From a virus (Duplodnaviria; Caudoviricetes), in the IMG/VR virus record IMGVR_UViG_3300043427_003544, positions 2,076 to 66,075 of that record: a DNA stretch of 64,000 bases, one strand, 5' to 3'. The translations under genes and the position numbers were made by a program. Below the pieces are notes generated by a model that did not search any database, had not been told where the DNA came from, and was given only the letters and a program-made list of their open reading frames with translations. Of this stretch, positions 42,279 through 52,087 are shown piece by piece; position 1 is the first letter of the stretch; the number at the start of each line of letters is the position of its first letter.

Positions 42279-42316
42279 AAAAAAATTAACCCTAAAGTTT
42301 ATGCCTTTAGGGTTAA
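42279..42316 (-). terminator. Rho-independent terminator after tail tube gene
   Basis: 12-bp stem TTAACCCTAAAG/CTTTAGGGTTAA followed by a T7 run on the minus strand. Confidence 0.8.
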
Positions 42317-42348
42317 ATATAATACCAATTAATTTTAAATAAATAATA

Positions 42349-42837
42349 TTAATAAACTAATACACAACGGTCCATTCTCATAGTAGCAGTTATAGTTGCT
42401 AAACCATCTTGGTTATAAGCCAAAGAATTAAAGTTTACGTCAGTCAAGAATGTTCCGTAAAGAATCCACTTTTCTACAACTACACCTGTTGGGTCCAACA
42501 TTTCCAAGTCTACGTCTTTTTTGTAACCTGCAGCATAACCCATACGACCTGTTACAGATTCTGCATGTAAACGTACCCACTCCATCAAAGCTTGTGAAGC
42601 TGAAGGACCGATTGGGTCTCTAAATGTTACGTTAAGTGTTTGCCAGTTAAATCTTCCTGCAACCCATACAGATGTATTAAGGAAAGGAATCTCAGTTGCA
42701 GCGATTTGTATATGAGGTCTAGCAGTACTTTCTACAAACCATTCATTGATACCCAAACTCGACGGAAACCTCAAAATGAAACGATTCTGACGTTTCGGTT
42801 CATAGGGTATTGGCATTTTCATTAGTAAGTCAGCCAT
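42349..42837 (-). CDS. Tail tube protein (T4 gp19-like)
   Basis: YEPKRQNRF, AGRFNW..L.VTFRDPI, WVRLHAE..TGR.GY, LDPTGVVVEKW.L.G. Confidence 0.88.
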   Translation of the reverse strand: MADLLMKMPIPYEPKRQNRFILRFPSSLGINEWFVESTARPHIQIAATEIPFLNTSVWVAGRFNWQTLNVTFRDPIGPSASQALMEWVRLHAESVTGRMGYAAGYKKDVDLEMLDPTGVVVEKWILYGTFLTDVNFNSLAYNQDGLATITATMRMDRCVLVY

Positions 42838-42928
42838 GTTAAAATTTTTTTACTTTTTCGTTTATATGATATAAATATATGATGTTTAAAAATTTTTCTA
42901 TTTACTTTGTAATTTAAAAAAAATACAT

Positions 42929-43759
42929 TTATTTATATTCTTCTTTACTTCCAGTTCCAGTATAAAAAGTTTTAACTGGTTTTTCTGGTTTATCTTTATA
43001 ATGTTTTCTCATTGATTCTATATTCTTAGGGTCATCATCTGAAAAACCTATCATAAAATCACTAGGCATAAATTTATTACCTAAATCTTTTTTTAAATAA
43101 GCTCTTTTGTTTAATAGAGCTGCCATTCCCTTAATGTAATCTATAAAATCGTCCATCGCCATAATTTTAAGTTCCTCGGGTGATGCAGGACTTGACTCTG
43201 AACCAAATGATACGGGGAAGTATTTGTTTAATGAAAGATAAGATTTGATAAGTTCTTGGTCGGACATTTCTTCCTCCCCCACAAAAGACCTGTACTTTCT
43301 TAAATTTTTTAAAAGTTCATTTTTATCTATCCCCCCAAAACCGGAGACAATATAATTGTACACCGCTTGCTTTAAAGTTTCAGGATTGTGTCCTCGAGCA
43401 GTTATGATTGAAAATATCGAACCATTATTTATGGCCTCTCTGAAATCATCGAAAGCAGGGCCTTCTTTAGCCCTAAGTGAATCAATTATAAATTGTTTAT
43501 CACCTTCAGTTCTAAAATAACGGAAAGGTTGGTCAGCATATCCTACTATTTCTTCACCATTATAATTGAAAGTCTCTTTCCCAATTTGACCTCTGTATTT
43601 GGCAAAATCCTCAGTACTCATCCCCACTTCTTTCCCGTCAGAATTTTTCACCATTATTTTGGTGGGCATATGAACAATGTTATCATCCCAATCGAATGCA
43701 TAGTATTTCATATTGGGTGTTGTCTCGTCTTTAAAAGATTCTTTAACTATTTTCAACAT
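42929..43759 (-). CDS. HAD-superfamily hydrolase-like protein
   Basis: Motif I YAFDWDDNI, motif II ITARGH, motif IV GFSDDD. Confidence 0.65.
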   Translation of the reverse strand: MLKIVKESFKDETTPNMKYYAFDWDDNIVHMPTKIMVKNSDGKEVGMSTEDFAKYRGQIGKETFNYNGEEIVGYADQPFRYFRTEGDKQFIIDSLRAKEGPAFDDFREAINNGSIFSIITARGHNPETLKQAVYNYIVSGFGGIDKNELLKNLRKYRSFVGEEEMSDQELIKSYLSLNKYFPVSFGSESSPASPEELKIMAMDDFIDYIKGMAALLNKRAYLKKDLGNKFMPSDFMIGFSDDDPKNIESMRKHYKDKPEKPVKTFYTGTGSKEEYK

Positions 43760-43796
43760 ATGATATAAATATCAAAACTACGAATAATTTACCTAA

Positions 43797-43825
43797 CAAA
43801 AAAACCCTTCATTTCTGAAGGGTTT
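43797..43825 (-). terminator. Rho-independent terminator after tail sheath gene
   Basis: AAACCCTTCA-GAAA-TGAAGGGTTT followed by a T run on the minus strand. Confidence 0.82.
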
Positions 43826-43844
43826 AGATTTTGTTTGATTGAAC

Positions 43845-46800
43845 TTATATGTTTTCAAACGAAGCTCCTGTTGGAGTGATAAAAAACTCTATTTCTATAA
43901 ATTCGAGTGCCTTTGTTGGTTTGAGATAAATTCTACCTGTAAGAGTATTTCTATCCAAATCTTCAGGTGAAGAAGATACGGTCACACGGAAGTCATATAA
44001 ACCTCTGTCTCTTCTGATAGAATCCAAAATTGGATTTACACTATCTAAGAACTGTTGTCTAACGATTTGGTCGTTTTGTTCGAACAACAATCTAACTGCA
44101 ACTGCCGAAATCAACTTACGTGCTTGTAGTAATAACCTTCTCACATTCAATCTATCTAGTGCTGAACTTGCTACTTGGAGGGTTTTATTACCCCAAATTA
44201 CAGTTCCGACATCAGAGAAAGTTGCAATTGGATTAATTCTACCTTGATAAAGAGTGTCTCTATCTTCTTGAGTTAGTTTCAATCTCGCTTTTACTGAATT
44301 AACAAGACCTCTTGTGTAACCCGCTGATGCGAACCAAGGGAATGCGATGTTGTCAGTCAAAGCTAAGTTTCTACAAACCTCACCTGTAGGAGGTATATAA
44401 ATTTGTGTATTATTAACAGTGTCTCTAACAAGAATCCAAGGATAATACGTTGCCGTATAGTTGGAATCAATTGCTGAATTATCTAAATTATCTACAGCTT
44501 CCTGTGGATAAATAATTAAATCACCATTATTAGAATCTGTTGTGTACATAGGATAGTCAGGAGTAGTACAGATGTATACTGAGTCTGCTCTAGAGAATTG
44601 AACCATGTTTATTGCCGCTTCGACAAGTTTTGGATTATTAACATAATCGATACTTGATGTTGCGAATACATTTATGTTTGTAGATTCAGGATTTTGGAAA
44701 GACAATATACCAAGTAGGTATGCGTAATAGTCAGAGTTTGCAAAATCTTGAGTATTTTTCTCTACAATAATTCTCTTGAACATTCCTTCACCTGTTGCTG
44801 ATGGGTACCTCGAAGAAGGTGCCGCACCTGCCAAGTAACCAGAAGCTCCTAATCTATATCTGTCCTCATTTGTACGGTATTCTCTATAGATGTCCCATCC
44901 ATCGAAACCACCTGCGAAACACACTGTGAACTTCCTTGAGTAAATAAAATAATAAGGGTTTTCTTGTGTGTCAGGTTCTGCTCTAAAATCTGCGTCTCCA
45001 CAAGCAAACGCTGTTTCACCACTTGTTACGTATTCTGCTCCGATAGTAACCACAGTTGCCCCTGAGTCCATATGGAAACCTTGGGTAAGGTAGTTCCAAG
45101 GAGTTGAGTCAGTTGCAATACCCCAAGTTGCTGCTGATGGATTTCTTTTACCTTTATATTGTAAGAAAGAAACGTCAGTACCAATTTTTGTTGAAAAACC
45201 TAAATATGTTCTTCTAACATTATCACCAGTAGATTCATCAATCGATGCACCAAAAGCTGAAATTCCAAAAGGAGGATTGTAAATTACTTCACCTGGAAAA
45301 TCATATTTTGTTTTATAAATAGGAATTGGAGATTTGTTAGTTGTTGAATCGTAAATTCTTTGGTCATATCCATAGAATCCACAAGGTAAAGCGTCTATAG
45401 GAGCTTCCTCAGACATTTCAACCATTATGTATTTAGAAACCAAAGGATATTCACCATCATAAGAACCAATTTTTTTACCAATAAAACTATTTGAAGCCGG
45501 GTCCATTGTACAGTTAGTGAATTTCTCAATAACAACTGGATTTTGGTCAGTATCAAAGAAGTTTCTAACTAATACATCAAACGACAAATTAGAAAACGAA
45601 ATATTCGAAATTGACACCTTGATTTCAGTGTTAGCATCCGTTCCATCAGAGATGGACATAAATCTAAATAATTTATAAACCTTATTACCTCTTAACTCAG
45701 ATACTAAGAAAGGAGTAATAGGACTTTGATATTTTTCTAAATTCCAAGCAATTGAATCTGAGTTGAACGATACTGCCGCTGGTAGAGAAATCAAATTACA
45801 ACTTAATCCTTTAATATACCCTTTGTCATATAACTCATTTAGTTCCACAGGATAAATTTCTTCCACAAAAAGAGGAACTTCAAATCTTGATTTATCAAAA
45901 TTGGAAACTCCGAATACTTTTGTTAAGTACTTGCTACTAACTGATGAGAAAGAAGTTTCAAATGAAAAAGTATCAGAATCAACAGTTATACCTGATATTA
46001 AGAATGTACCGAATGGGTCAGAACTTACACCTGAGTACGAACCAGTACAAACCATATTTACATCAGAAGTTCCAGTAACTTGATATTGAGGACCATGGTT
46101 AGATGAATCGTACAAAGAAATACCTCTTGAACGAAGAGTTGCTAAAACCATATTATTATAATCTTCGTATGCAGTACCTGAATAAGAATATACATTACCT
46201 GAGATAGTACCTGTGAAGTTTGAATCTCCGTCGTCAGTTAAAGAACTAACTACATAATCAAATGAAAATCCTGAGTAATTATCACCTGAGTAATTATCGA
46301 AGTTAGAATATAACCAAGGATAATTGTCAGAATTTGATAAATCATTCAGTGTAAAGTTCAAAGAGTTTACTCCAAAGGTATTTGTTAATGTTGTATAATT
46401 TGCAGATAAATCTGTATAATCACTTTCCAAGATAGAACCATAAACAATTGCAGTTGTTGCAGTAGTTGCTGGAGTATCTAAAAACTGGCCTAAATAAACA
46501 GAAAAATCATTGTTGAACGTTGAAACAGAACCGTCGCTCAATCTATACTGAACATTTAAAAGAGATTGTACCTGAGCCGGTAAAGAACCTGTTAATTCAA
46601 TTGTGTTGCCTGTTGCACTTCCACTAAATGTACAAGTCCAAGGAGTACCACCAACGACTGAAAAATCAATTGAAGTTGGGTCAACATTAGCCGTTGCAGT
46701 TATAGTCCAAGAAGGACCTGCGTCATATCCTGACAAACCTAAAATTCTTGTAACAAAAAGTTGGTTTGATTGTTGAAGATATGATTTTGCAATGTAAGCT

Positions 46801-47039
46801 GCTTCATATTTTGGGATTTGTGTCCCCTGAAATTTAGTTGGTTCGGTTCCCCCGAAAAACGCTTGGAATTCATCGTAGTTTGTTATAAAGATTGGTTCGA
46901 AGGCAGGACCTTTTATTGTCTCACCTACTAAACCCAAAGTTGTAACACCCACACTCTGTGCCACAAAAGACAAGTCGGTTTCTGAAGTATAAACACCTGG
47001 AGAAACAAACACTTTCTGATTTACTTGAGCTGTTGCCAT
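43845..47039 (-). CDS. Tail sheath protein
   Basis: FVSPGVYTSETD, GETIKGPAF, PWFASAGYTRG, GNKTLQ, RLNVRRLL, LKPTKALEFI; 1064 aa with insertion domains. Confidence 0.93.
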   Translation of the reverse strand: MATAQVNQKVFVSPGVYTSETDLSFVAQSVGVTTLGLVGETIKGPAFEPIFITNYDEFQAFFGGTEPTKFQGTQIPKYEAAYIAKSYLQQSNQLFVTRILGLSGYDAGPSWTITATANVDPTSIDFSVVGGTPWTCTFSGSATGNTIELTGSLPAQVQSLLNVQYRLSDGSVSTFNNDFSVYLGQFLDTPATTATTAIVYGSILESDYTDLSANYTTLTNTFGVNSLNFTLNDLSNSDNYPWLYSNFDNYSGDNYSGFSFDYVVSSLTDDGDSNFTGTISGNVYSYSGTAYEDYNNMVLATLRSRGISLYDSSNHGPQYQVTGTSDVNMVCTGSYSGVSSDPFGTFLISGITVDSDTFSFETSFSSVSSKYLTKVFGVSNFDKSRFEVPLFVEEIYPVELNELYDKGYIKGLSCNLISLPAAVSFNSDSIAWNLEKYQSPITPFLVSELRGNKVYKLFRFMSISDGTDANTEIKVSISNISFSNLSFDVLVRNFFDTDQNPVVIEKFTNCTMDPASNSFIGKKIGSYDGEYPLVSKYIMVEMSEEAPIDALPCGFYGYDQRIYDSTTNKSPIPIYKTKYDFPGEVIYNPPFGISAFGASIDESTGDNVRRTYLGFSTKIGTDVSFLQYKGKRNPSAATWGIATDSTPWNYLTQGFHMDSGATVVTIGAEYVTSGETAFACGDADFRAEPDTQENPYYFIYSRKFTVCFAGGFDGWDIYREYRTNEDRYRLGASGYLAGAAPSSRYPSATGEGMFKRIIVEKNTQDFANSDYYAYLLGILSFQNPESTNINVFATSSIDYVNNPKLVEAAINMVQFSRADSVYICTTPDYPMYTTDSNNGDLIIYPQEAVDNLDNSAIDSNYTATYYPWILVRDTVNNTQIYIPPTGEVCRNLALTDNIAFPWFASAGYTRGLVNSVKARLKLTQEDRDTLYQGRINPIATFSDVGTVIWGNKTLQVASSALDRLNVRRLLLQARKLISAVAVRLLFEQNDQIVRQQFLDSVNPILDSIRRDRGLYDFRVTVSSSPEDLDRNTLTGRIYLKPTKALEFIEIEFFITPTGASFENI

Positions 47040-47161
47040 TATTATTGGTTTCTATTAAAGATTTATTTTTATTCATAAATATTAGTATTCACACCAAAAA
47101 ACTTGACTTTTCCCAATCTATTTGTATTTAGTAAGAAAGTTTTCTGCCTTTTTTATCTTTT

Positions 47162-47329
47162 ATGGCCAGCATATATTCAAACCCAATAAAGAACATTAAA
47201 ATATCAAAAGACGCTCACACCCTTTTAAAGAAGTATTGTGATAAAAAAGGGATAAAAATTTACAAGTTTCTAGAGCAACTTATTTACGAAAAATGTAAAG
47301 AAAAAAAAGATATTTACGGGGAAGACTAA
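47162..47329 (+). CDS. Small ribbon-helix-helix-like DNA-binding protein (below ORF-track cutoff)
   Basis: MASIYSNPIKNIKISKDAHTLLKKYCDKKGIKIYKFLEQLIYEKCKEKKDIYGED*, 55 aa; strand-helix-G-helix pattern; TTGACT at 47103 upstream. Confidence 0.65.
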   Translation: MASIYSNPIKNIKISKDAHTLLKKYCDKKGIKIYKFLEQLIYEKCKEKKDIYGED

Positions 47330-48369
47330 ACCAACTTATTAATAAAAACAATCTTCGATTCCTTAGTATTATCAGTCTTTGTCACCTCAACTCTGAGGAT
47401 GTCGTTAGTGTCAATTAGTATCTCATTTACATCAGACCCATAAAATTCATTATTGATGTACACATCGTAACTTGTCACGTTGGTTGTAGATTCAGGAGAC
47501 ATATTAACTCTATAATCCACCAACTCATTCAAAACTGTATTTCCCGTAACAAATAAAAAATCCTGTGTAAATGTATCGGGGTTGTCAGGTTCGAGAGGTT
47601 TCACCTTTGGTCTCGTAGTAGTATTACTAACCTCCATGACTTGTAATATTCTCGAAATGGCAGGTTTTATTTCAAACTCATCTTCATCAATCAAATAACC
47701 TAACATTGTAAACTCGTAGTTTTGAACGTAATATTTTCTTTTATCTAAATCCATCACACTTTCATCTATTACACTATTCATCAAGATTGGAACATATTGT
47801 CCTTTTATAAATGTGTAAGCTTGCCTTGAAGAAAATTTTTGAAGAACAATTTTATTAAACTGATTTAATTCCCTCATCCTATTACATATAATTCTTACGT
47901 TGTATGTAATATCTACAGGTACAGGTTGTGGAATCTTATAGATGTCCATACCTTCTTGATTTCCGTTCCAATTAGGTACAGATGCATAATAAAATTCTTT
48001 TCTATTTGGTATAGTCCATTGTAAAGAAGGGTTTGTACCATATTTTACATCAGGATTTCTTACAACGGTAATAAATGGAGGTTTCACGTTAAAATCTTGG
48101 TCAACAAAGTTCCATGTTTCTGTAAACTGTGTCCAACTTTGAGTTGTAATTAAAATATCAACCATAGGTACTAACTTTCCTGAAACAACTAATTTCAAAT
48201 CAGTTTTAACAAAATCCAACATTCCTCTATCTAAATCGGCATGTAATACTGACTTGGGAAGATAAGTACCATCTTTATTGATATAATCTTTTAACTGCTC
48301 CCTTCTTGCCAACAAAGTTTTTTGTGGAACAAGAGGTAATGATTTTTTTATTTGTTTCGGAAACGGCAT
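47326..48369 (-). CDS. Tail terminator / sheath stabiliser (T4 gp15-like)
   Basis: PFITVVR...PQPVPVDITYNVRII...ELNQ motif; ATG 48369 preferred over the 48432 start, which overlaps the upstream gene. Confidence 0.6.
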   Translation of the reverse strand: MPFPKQIKKSLPLVPQKTLLARREQLKDYINKDGTYLPKSVLHADLDRGMLDFVKTDLKLVVSGKLVPMVDILITTQSWTQFTETWNFVDQDFNVKPPFITVVRNPDVKYGTNPSLQWTIPNRKEFYYASVPNWNGNQEGMDIYKIPQPVPVDITYNVRIICNRMRELNQFNKIVLQKFSSRQAYTFIKGQYVPILMNSVIDESVMDLDKRKYYVQNYEFTMLGYLIDEDEFEIKPAISRILQVMEVSNTTTRPKVKPLEPDNPDTFTQDFLFVTGNTVLNELVDYRVNMSPESTTNVTSYDVYINNEFYGSDVNEILIDTNDILRVEVTKTDNTKESKIVFINKLV

Positions 48370-48373
48370 ATTA

Positions 48374-48904
48374 TTAAAGTCTACTTCCAAATGTTTTGAA
48401 GAAATATTCAGGAAACTCGGAGTGTCCGACATTTACGGCCAAAACATTATTAGGATTTATTTTTTTTAGTTTTTCCGCGGCATAGTTCAGACCCGAAGCA
48501 CCCCAAGTTCTACCACTCTGATACGCCAAAACAAAATTTGCGTTTGGTGGTATTACAACTTTACTATAATCACCCTCGATAGATGGGTCTATTAAACCAA
48601 CAAAATTGAAACCCATGGACAACGCAGGATAGGCCCTCACCCCTCCTTTGGAATAACCCGAAACTGAATTTATTTTAATACCTGGTATAGTATTATTTAT
48701 AGACTCCAATGTTGTTTCCCAAGGGGCAAAAACAAAAGGTTTCATTCTCAACAATTCTTCAGGCACTCTTTTTTTCATCCATTCCCCTGTAGTATTGTAC
48801 AAACCCCCAAATACCACAGCAAAAGGCATAGTCTTTTTAAAGTTATTTGGAACCGTAATTAAGAAGTCCCCAATCTTAGTTTGTTTATATCCTATGTTTG
48901 CCAT
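48374..48904 (-). CDS. Minimal alpha/beta-hydrolase-like protein
   Basis: VVFGG oxyanion-like loop, GYSKGG nucleophile elbow (GxSxG), GLIDP, C-terminal GHSEFP. Confidence 0.55.
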   Translation of the reverse strand: MANIGYKQTKIGDFLITVPNNFKKTMPFAVVFGGLYNTTGEWMKKRVPEELLRMKPFVFAPWETTLESINNTIPGIKINSVSGYSKGGVRAYPALSMGFNFVGLIDPSIEGDYSKVVIPPNANFVLAYQSGRTWGASGLNYAAEKLKKINPNNVLAVNVGHSEFPEYFFKTFGSRL

Positions 48905-49326
48905 TAGTTTTCTACTATAAAAATTTTATTTTTTGAGTTTATCATTTCAACTAAGTCCGCATTGAAGACGGGCTCTTCTGTTGATTTGATAATGAAACTA
49001 TCATATTTGTAAGGATTGTAAGTAACCACATCACCAAATGGTTCTTCGGGTAAATTTTCACAGGGGTGTTCACAGTAATCCAACAAGGTTCCAATTACAA
49101 AAGCATGAACATTTTTTTGTTTTTTTGCTCTAACCATTTCTTTCCCTCCTGTTCTAACTCTAAATTCCACATTTTTTAATTTAGCATAATCTACGTGTGC
49201 CATAACAATTTCACGTATTTTAATTGAAAATGTATGTTTGTGCAGATTATAATATACCATAACCTTTTCACCTATTAGTGAATCAACAATTTTTTTTCTT
49301 TGTTCTTCTGTTATTACTATTTTCAC
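48904..49326 (-). CDS. Hypothetical phage protein
   Basis: VYYNLHKHTFS...KNVHAFVIG...VTYNPYK pattern typical of small phage proteins. Confidence 0.6.
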   Translation of the reverse strand: MKIVITEEQRKKIVDSLIGEKVMVYYNLHKHTFSIKIREIVMAHVDYAKLKNVEFRVRTGGKEMVRAKKQKNVHAFVIGTLLDYCEHPCENLPEEPFGDVVTYNPYKYDSFIIKSTEEPVFNADLVEMINSKNKIFIVEN

Positions 49327-49838
49327 AATCCTGTAAATTCATTAGTTGATGCCGGAGTTGCAGTTATTGTTCTGTAAAAAGGTTTATAACCAGCATATGT
49401 GTGTTTATTATCCGAAACAACCCTACCATCATCTTGAACACTATAATACCTAACTTTGGACTCCGTCTCGTAATATCCTAAATAATCGCCAAAAGCAATA
49501 TCAACACCCAAATCATCCAAATACTTTTGATATACAGAAAATCTCATATTACCCGGTTCTTCCTGTTCTACTTTACTTCCCCCAAGTCTCATGTTGGTTG
49601 GACCCACAATTTGAACAAGACCCTTTATTTCTATTGGTGGTAAGAATTGAATTCCATCCTCGGGTGCTTCTCCATATACATCGTCTGTTTTGGTTTTATA
49701 TCTGTCCACCCTATATAGTATGACAGTAAAGTTCATGTCCCCTTGGAGCCACTCTTGTCCCATCCCAATATCCAACGCATAATCCTCAGCACCAAAGAAT
49801 TTTCCAAGTCTGGTAATCGGAACTAATTTTTCTGACAT
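49323..49838 (-). CDS. Head-tail joining / neck protein (gp14-like, putative)
   Basis: LYRVD...DDVYGEA...F.PPIEI..L, I.FGDY pattern; close to other neck/tail genes. Confidence 0.55.
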   Translation of the reverse strand: MSEKLVPITRLGKFFGAEDYALDIGMGQEWLQGDMNFTVILYRVDRYKTKTDDVYGEAPEDGIQFLPPIEIKGLVQIVGPTNMRLGGSKVEQEEPGNMRFSVYQKYLDDLGVDIAFGDYLGYYETESKVRYYSVQDDGRVVSDNKHTYAGYKPFYRTITATPASTNEFTGL

Positions 49839-49859
49839 TTTTTATAAAATTTTACCTTA

Positions 49860-49888
49860 TTGATAAATACACGAAATATTATTACATT
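49860..49888 (+). promoter_or_regulatory. Putative sigma70-like promoter for the SET-SNF2 genes
   Basis: TTGATA-17-TACATT in the divergent intergenic region, 17 nt before ATG 49906. Confidence 0.45.
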
Positions 49889-49905
49889 TAATCTCAAAAT
49901 ATATT

Positions 49906-50304
49906 ATGGAAATATTTCCTCCCTCAAAAATTTATATTACCAAAAGTAATATCCATGGGTATGGAGTTTTTGCCCGAGAAAAAATATTAGAAGGTGAAAT
50001 AATAGAAGAATGCCCCATTTTAGATTTAGGTATGAAGTATGGCGAATCTTCGACGGTATTGGTTGATTATAGATTTAATTGGCCTCAAGGTGAATCTAAG
50101 TGGGAAAAACAAGTAGTTGCTTGGGGATACGGTTCATTATATAATCATTCGAATCAAGCAAATGCTTATTGGCGTTCAAATTTAGAAAAAGGGACTTTTG
50201 AATTTGTGTGTACTAAAGATATTGAAATTGGGGAAGAAATATTAGTTTATTACGGTGGAGATGCTTATTGGCAAGACGGAAGAACACATACTGAAGTAAA
50301 ATGA
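49906..50304 (+). CDS. SET-domain protein-lysine methyltransferase
   Basis: IHGYGVFA, GSLYNHS, KDIEIGEEILVYYG motifs. Confidence 0.9.
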   Translation: MEIFPPSKIYITKSNIHGYGVFAREKILEGEIIEECPILDLGMKYGESSTVLVDYRFNWPQGESKWEKQVVAWGYGSLYNHSNQANAYWRSNLEKGTFEFVCTKDIEIGEEILVYYGGDAYWQDGRTHTEVK

Positions 50305-52058
50305 TGGCACATGAAACATTAGAAACAAGGGCGATGGACATTCTGTATGTCTATGATGGGTCAAACAATTATATTTTGGAGTTGAAAAGGAAATCCGAAA
50401 TAAATAGAAAATTTTACCCGACCAGAAGTCAATGTGAATACATTATAGAAAATCACGACAAAAATCCTAAGGTTGCCAAAAAGTGGGTAATTTTAGATTC
50501 TTATTTTGCTCAGAAATTTGCCAACGACAAATTATTAACAAAAGTCCCTGAGAAAGTTTGGATTGAAAAACTTTTATCAGAACGTGAAAAGGCTTATCAT
50601 GTTTGGGGAAAGTATTTTGAAGAAAGTGAACTCCACGAATTTTGGCTCCCTAAAGCATCGGTTATAAAAGACAACACAGTAAAAAATGTTGTTGTTGATT
50701 ACACAAAATATCAAAAGAGACCTCCATTATCACACCAAAAGGAATCTATTCAGAAATTAGTTGAAAATAAAAAATTTATTTTAGCTGATGACATGGGACT
50801 TGGAAAAACGACAAGTACAATTATTGCGGCGTTAGAAACCGGTGCAAAAAAAGTTTTGATAATATGTCCAGCAACACTTAAAATAAACTGGAAAAGAGAG
50901 ATAGAAAATTACACAGATAGAGAAATTTTCATTTGTGAAGGAAAAAATTACAGTTCCGAAGCGGATTTTATTATCATAAATTATGATATAATTAAAAATT
51001 TCCATGACCCAAAAAAGAAAAAGGAATCTCAAATATTAAACACGGGATTTGACTTAGTAATAATCGATGAAGCACATTATATAAAAAATGCTCAAGCTCA
51101 AAGAACCAAATTAATTAACGATATTGTTAAAGACATTGAAAGACTTTGGTTACTTACAGGTACTCCAATGACATCAAGACCAATCGATTATTATAACCTA
51201 CTTAGTTTAGTTGATTCTCCTGTCGCAAAAAATTGGATGGCATATGTTGTAAGGTATTGTTCTGGCTATCAATTTAAAGTCGGTGCTAAAAAGGTGTGGA
51301 ATGTTATGGGAGCATCAAACTTAGAAGAACTTAGAGATAGAACAAATAATACGATACTTAGAAGATTGAAAGAAGATGTATTGGATTTACCTGATAAAAT
51401 TATAACCCCAATCTATCTTAGATTAAAATCTAAAGAATATGAAAACTTAATGGGGGAATACTACGAATGGTATAGAAGTAACCCAAACGAAAGTAATTCT
51501 TTAACAATTCAATTTACTAAACTAACAAAGGTCCGACAGGTAATTGCAAATGAAAAAATTTCACAGACGATTGAACTTGCCGAGAACATAATAGAACAAG
51601 GAAAAAAAGTTATTATATTTTGTAATTTTACAGAATCACTAAACAACATAGTTTCTCATTTTGGAAAAACCGCGGTAAAGGTTGATGGCTCAATGTCTAA
51701 AAACGATAGACAACACAGTGTCGATAGATTCCAAGAAGATGAAAAAATAAAAGTATTTGTTGGAAACATTAAAGCGGCTGGTGTAGGTATAACTCTAACA
51801 GCGGCTGAAGCGGTTATAATGAATGATTTATCATTCTTACCATCAGACCATTCACAAGCTGAAGACAGAGCATATCGTATAGGGCAAAAAAATAATGTTC
51901 TCGTCTATTATCCTTTGTTTGAAAATACTATTGAAGGCCTTATATATGATATTTTGATTGCAAAAAAACAAGTTATTGCCACTGTAATGGGAGACAATAT
52001 TAATAGTGCTGATTTTGTTGAAGAGATAATGAATAGAATAAATGAAGGAGCACAATAA
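50301..52058 (+). CDS. SNF2-family (SWI2/SNF2, SMARCAL1/HARP-like) helicase
   Basis: ADDMGLGKT, DEAH, LTGTP, LRRLK, GVGITLTAA, QAEDRAYRIGQ. Confidence 0.92.
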   Translation: MMAHETLETRAMDILYVYDGSNNYILELKRKSEINRKFYPTRSQCEYIIENHDKNPKVAKKWVILDSYFAQKFANDKLLTKVPEKVWIEKLLSEREKAYHVWGKYFEESELHEFWLPKASVIKDNTVKNVVVDYTKYQKRPPLSHQKESIQKLVENKKFILADDMGLGKTTSTIIAALETGAKKVLIICPATLKINWKREIENYTDREIFICEGKNYSSEADFIIINYDIIKNFHDPKKKKESQILNTGFDLVIIDEAHYIKNAQAQRTKLINDIVKDIERLWLLTGTPMTSRPIDYYNLLSLVDSPVAKNWMAYVVRYCSGYQFKVGAKKVWNVMGASNLEELRDRTNNTILRRLKEDVLDLPDKIITPIYLRLKSKEYENLMGEYYEWYRSNPNESNSLTIQFTKLTKVRQVIANEKISQTIELAENIIEQGKKVIIFCNFTESLNNIVSHFGKTAVKVDGSMSKNDRQHSVDRFQEDEKIKVFVGNIKAAGVGITLTAAEAVIMNDLSFLPSDHSQAEDRAYRIGQKNNVLVYYPLFENTIEGLIYDILIAKKQVIATVMGDNINSADFVEEIMNRINEGAQ

Positions 52059-52087
52059 TATATTCGTTTATTAGAATATTTATTGGT

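Noticed and set aside
8295-42877. TATAAATA copies on the plus strand (8295, 27251, 42870) as classical T4 late promoters
   Set aside because: They point away from the adjacent minus-strand genes, and the motif flips with gene orientation at 52076, so the functional reading is more likely sense-strand TATTTAT.
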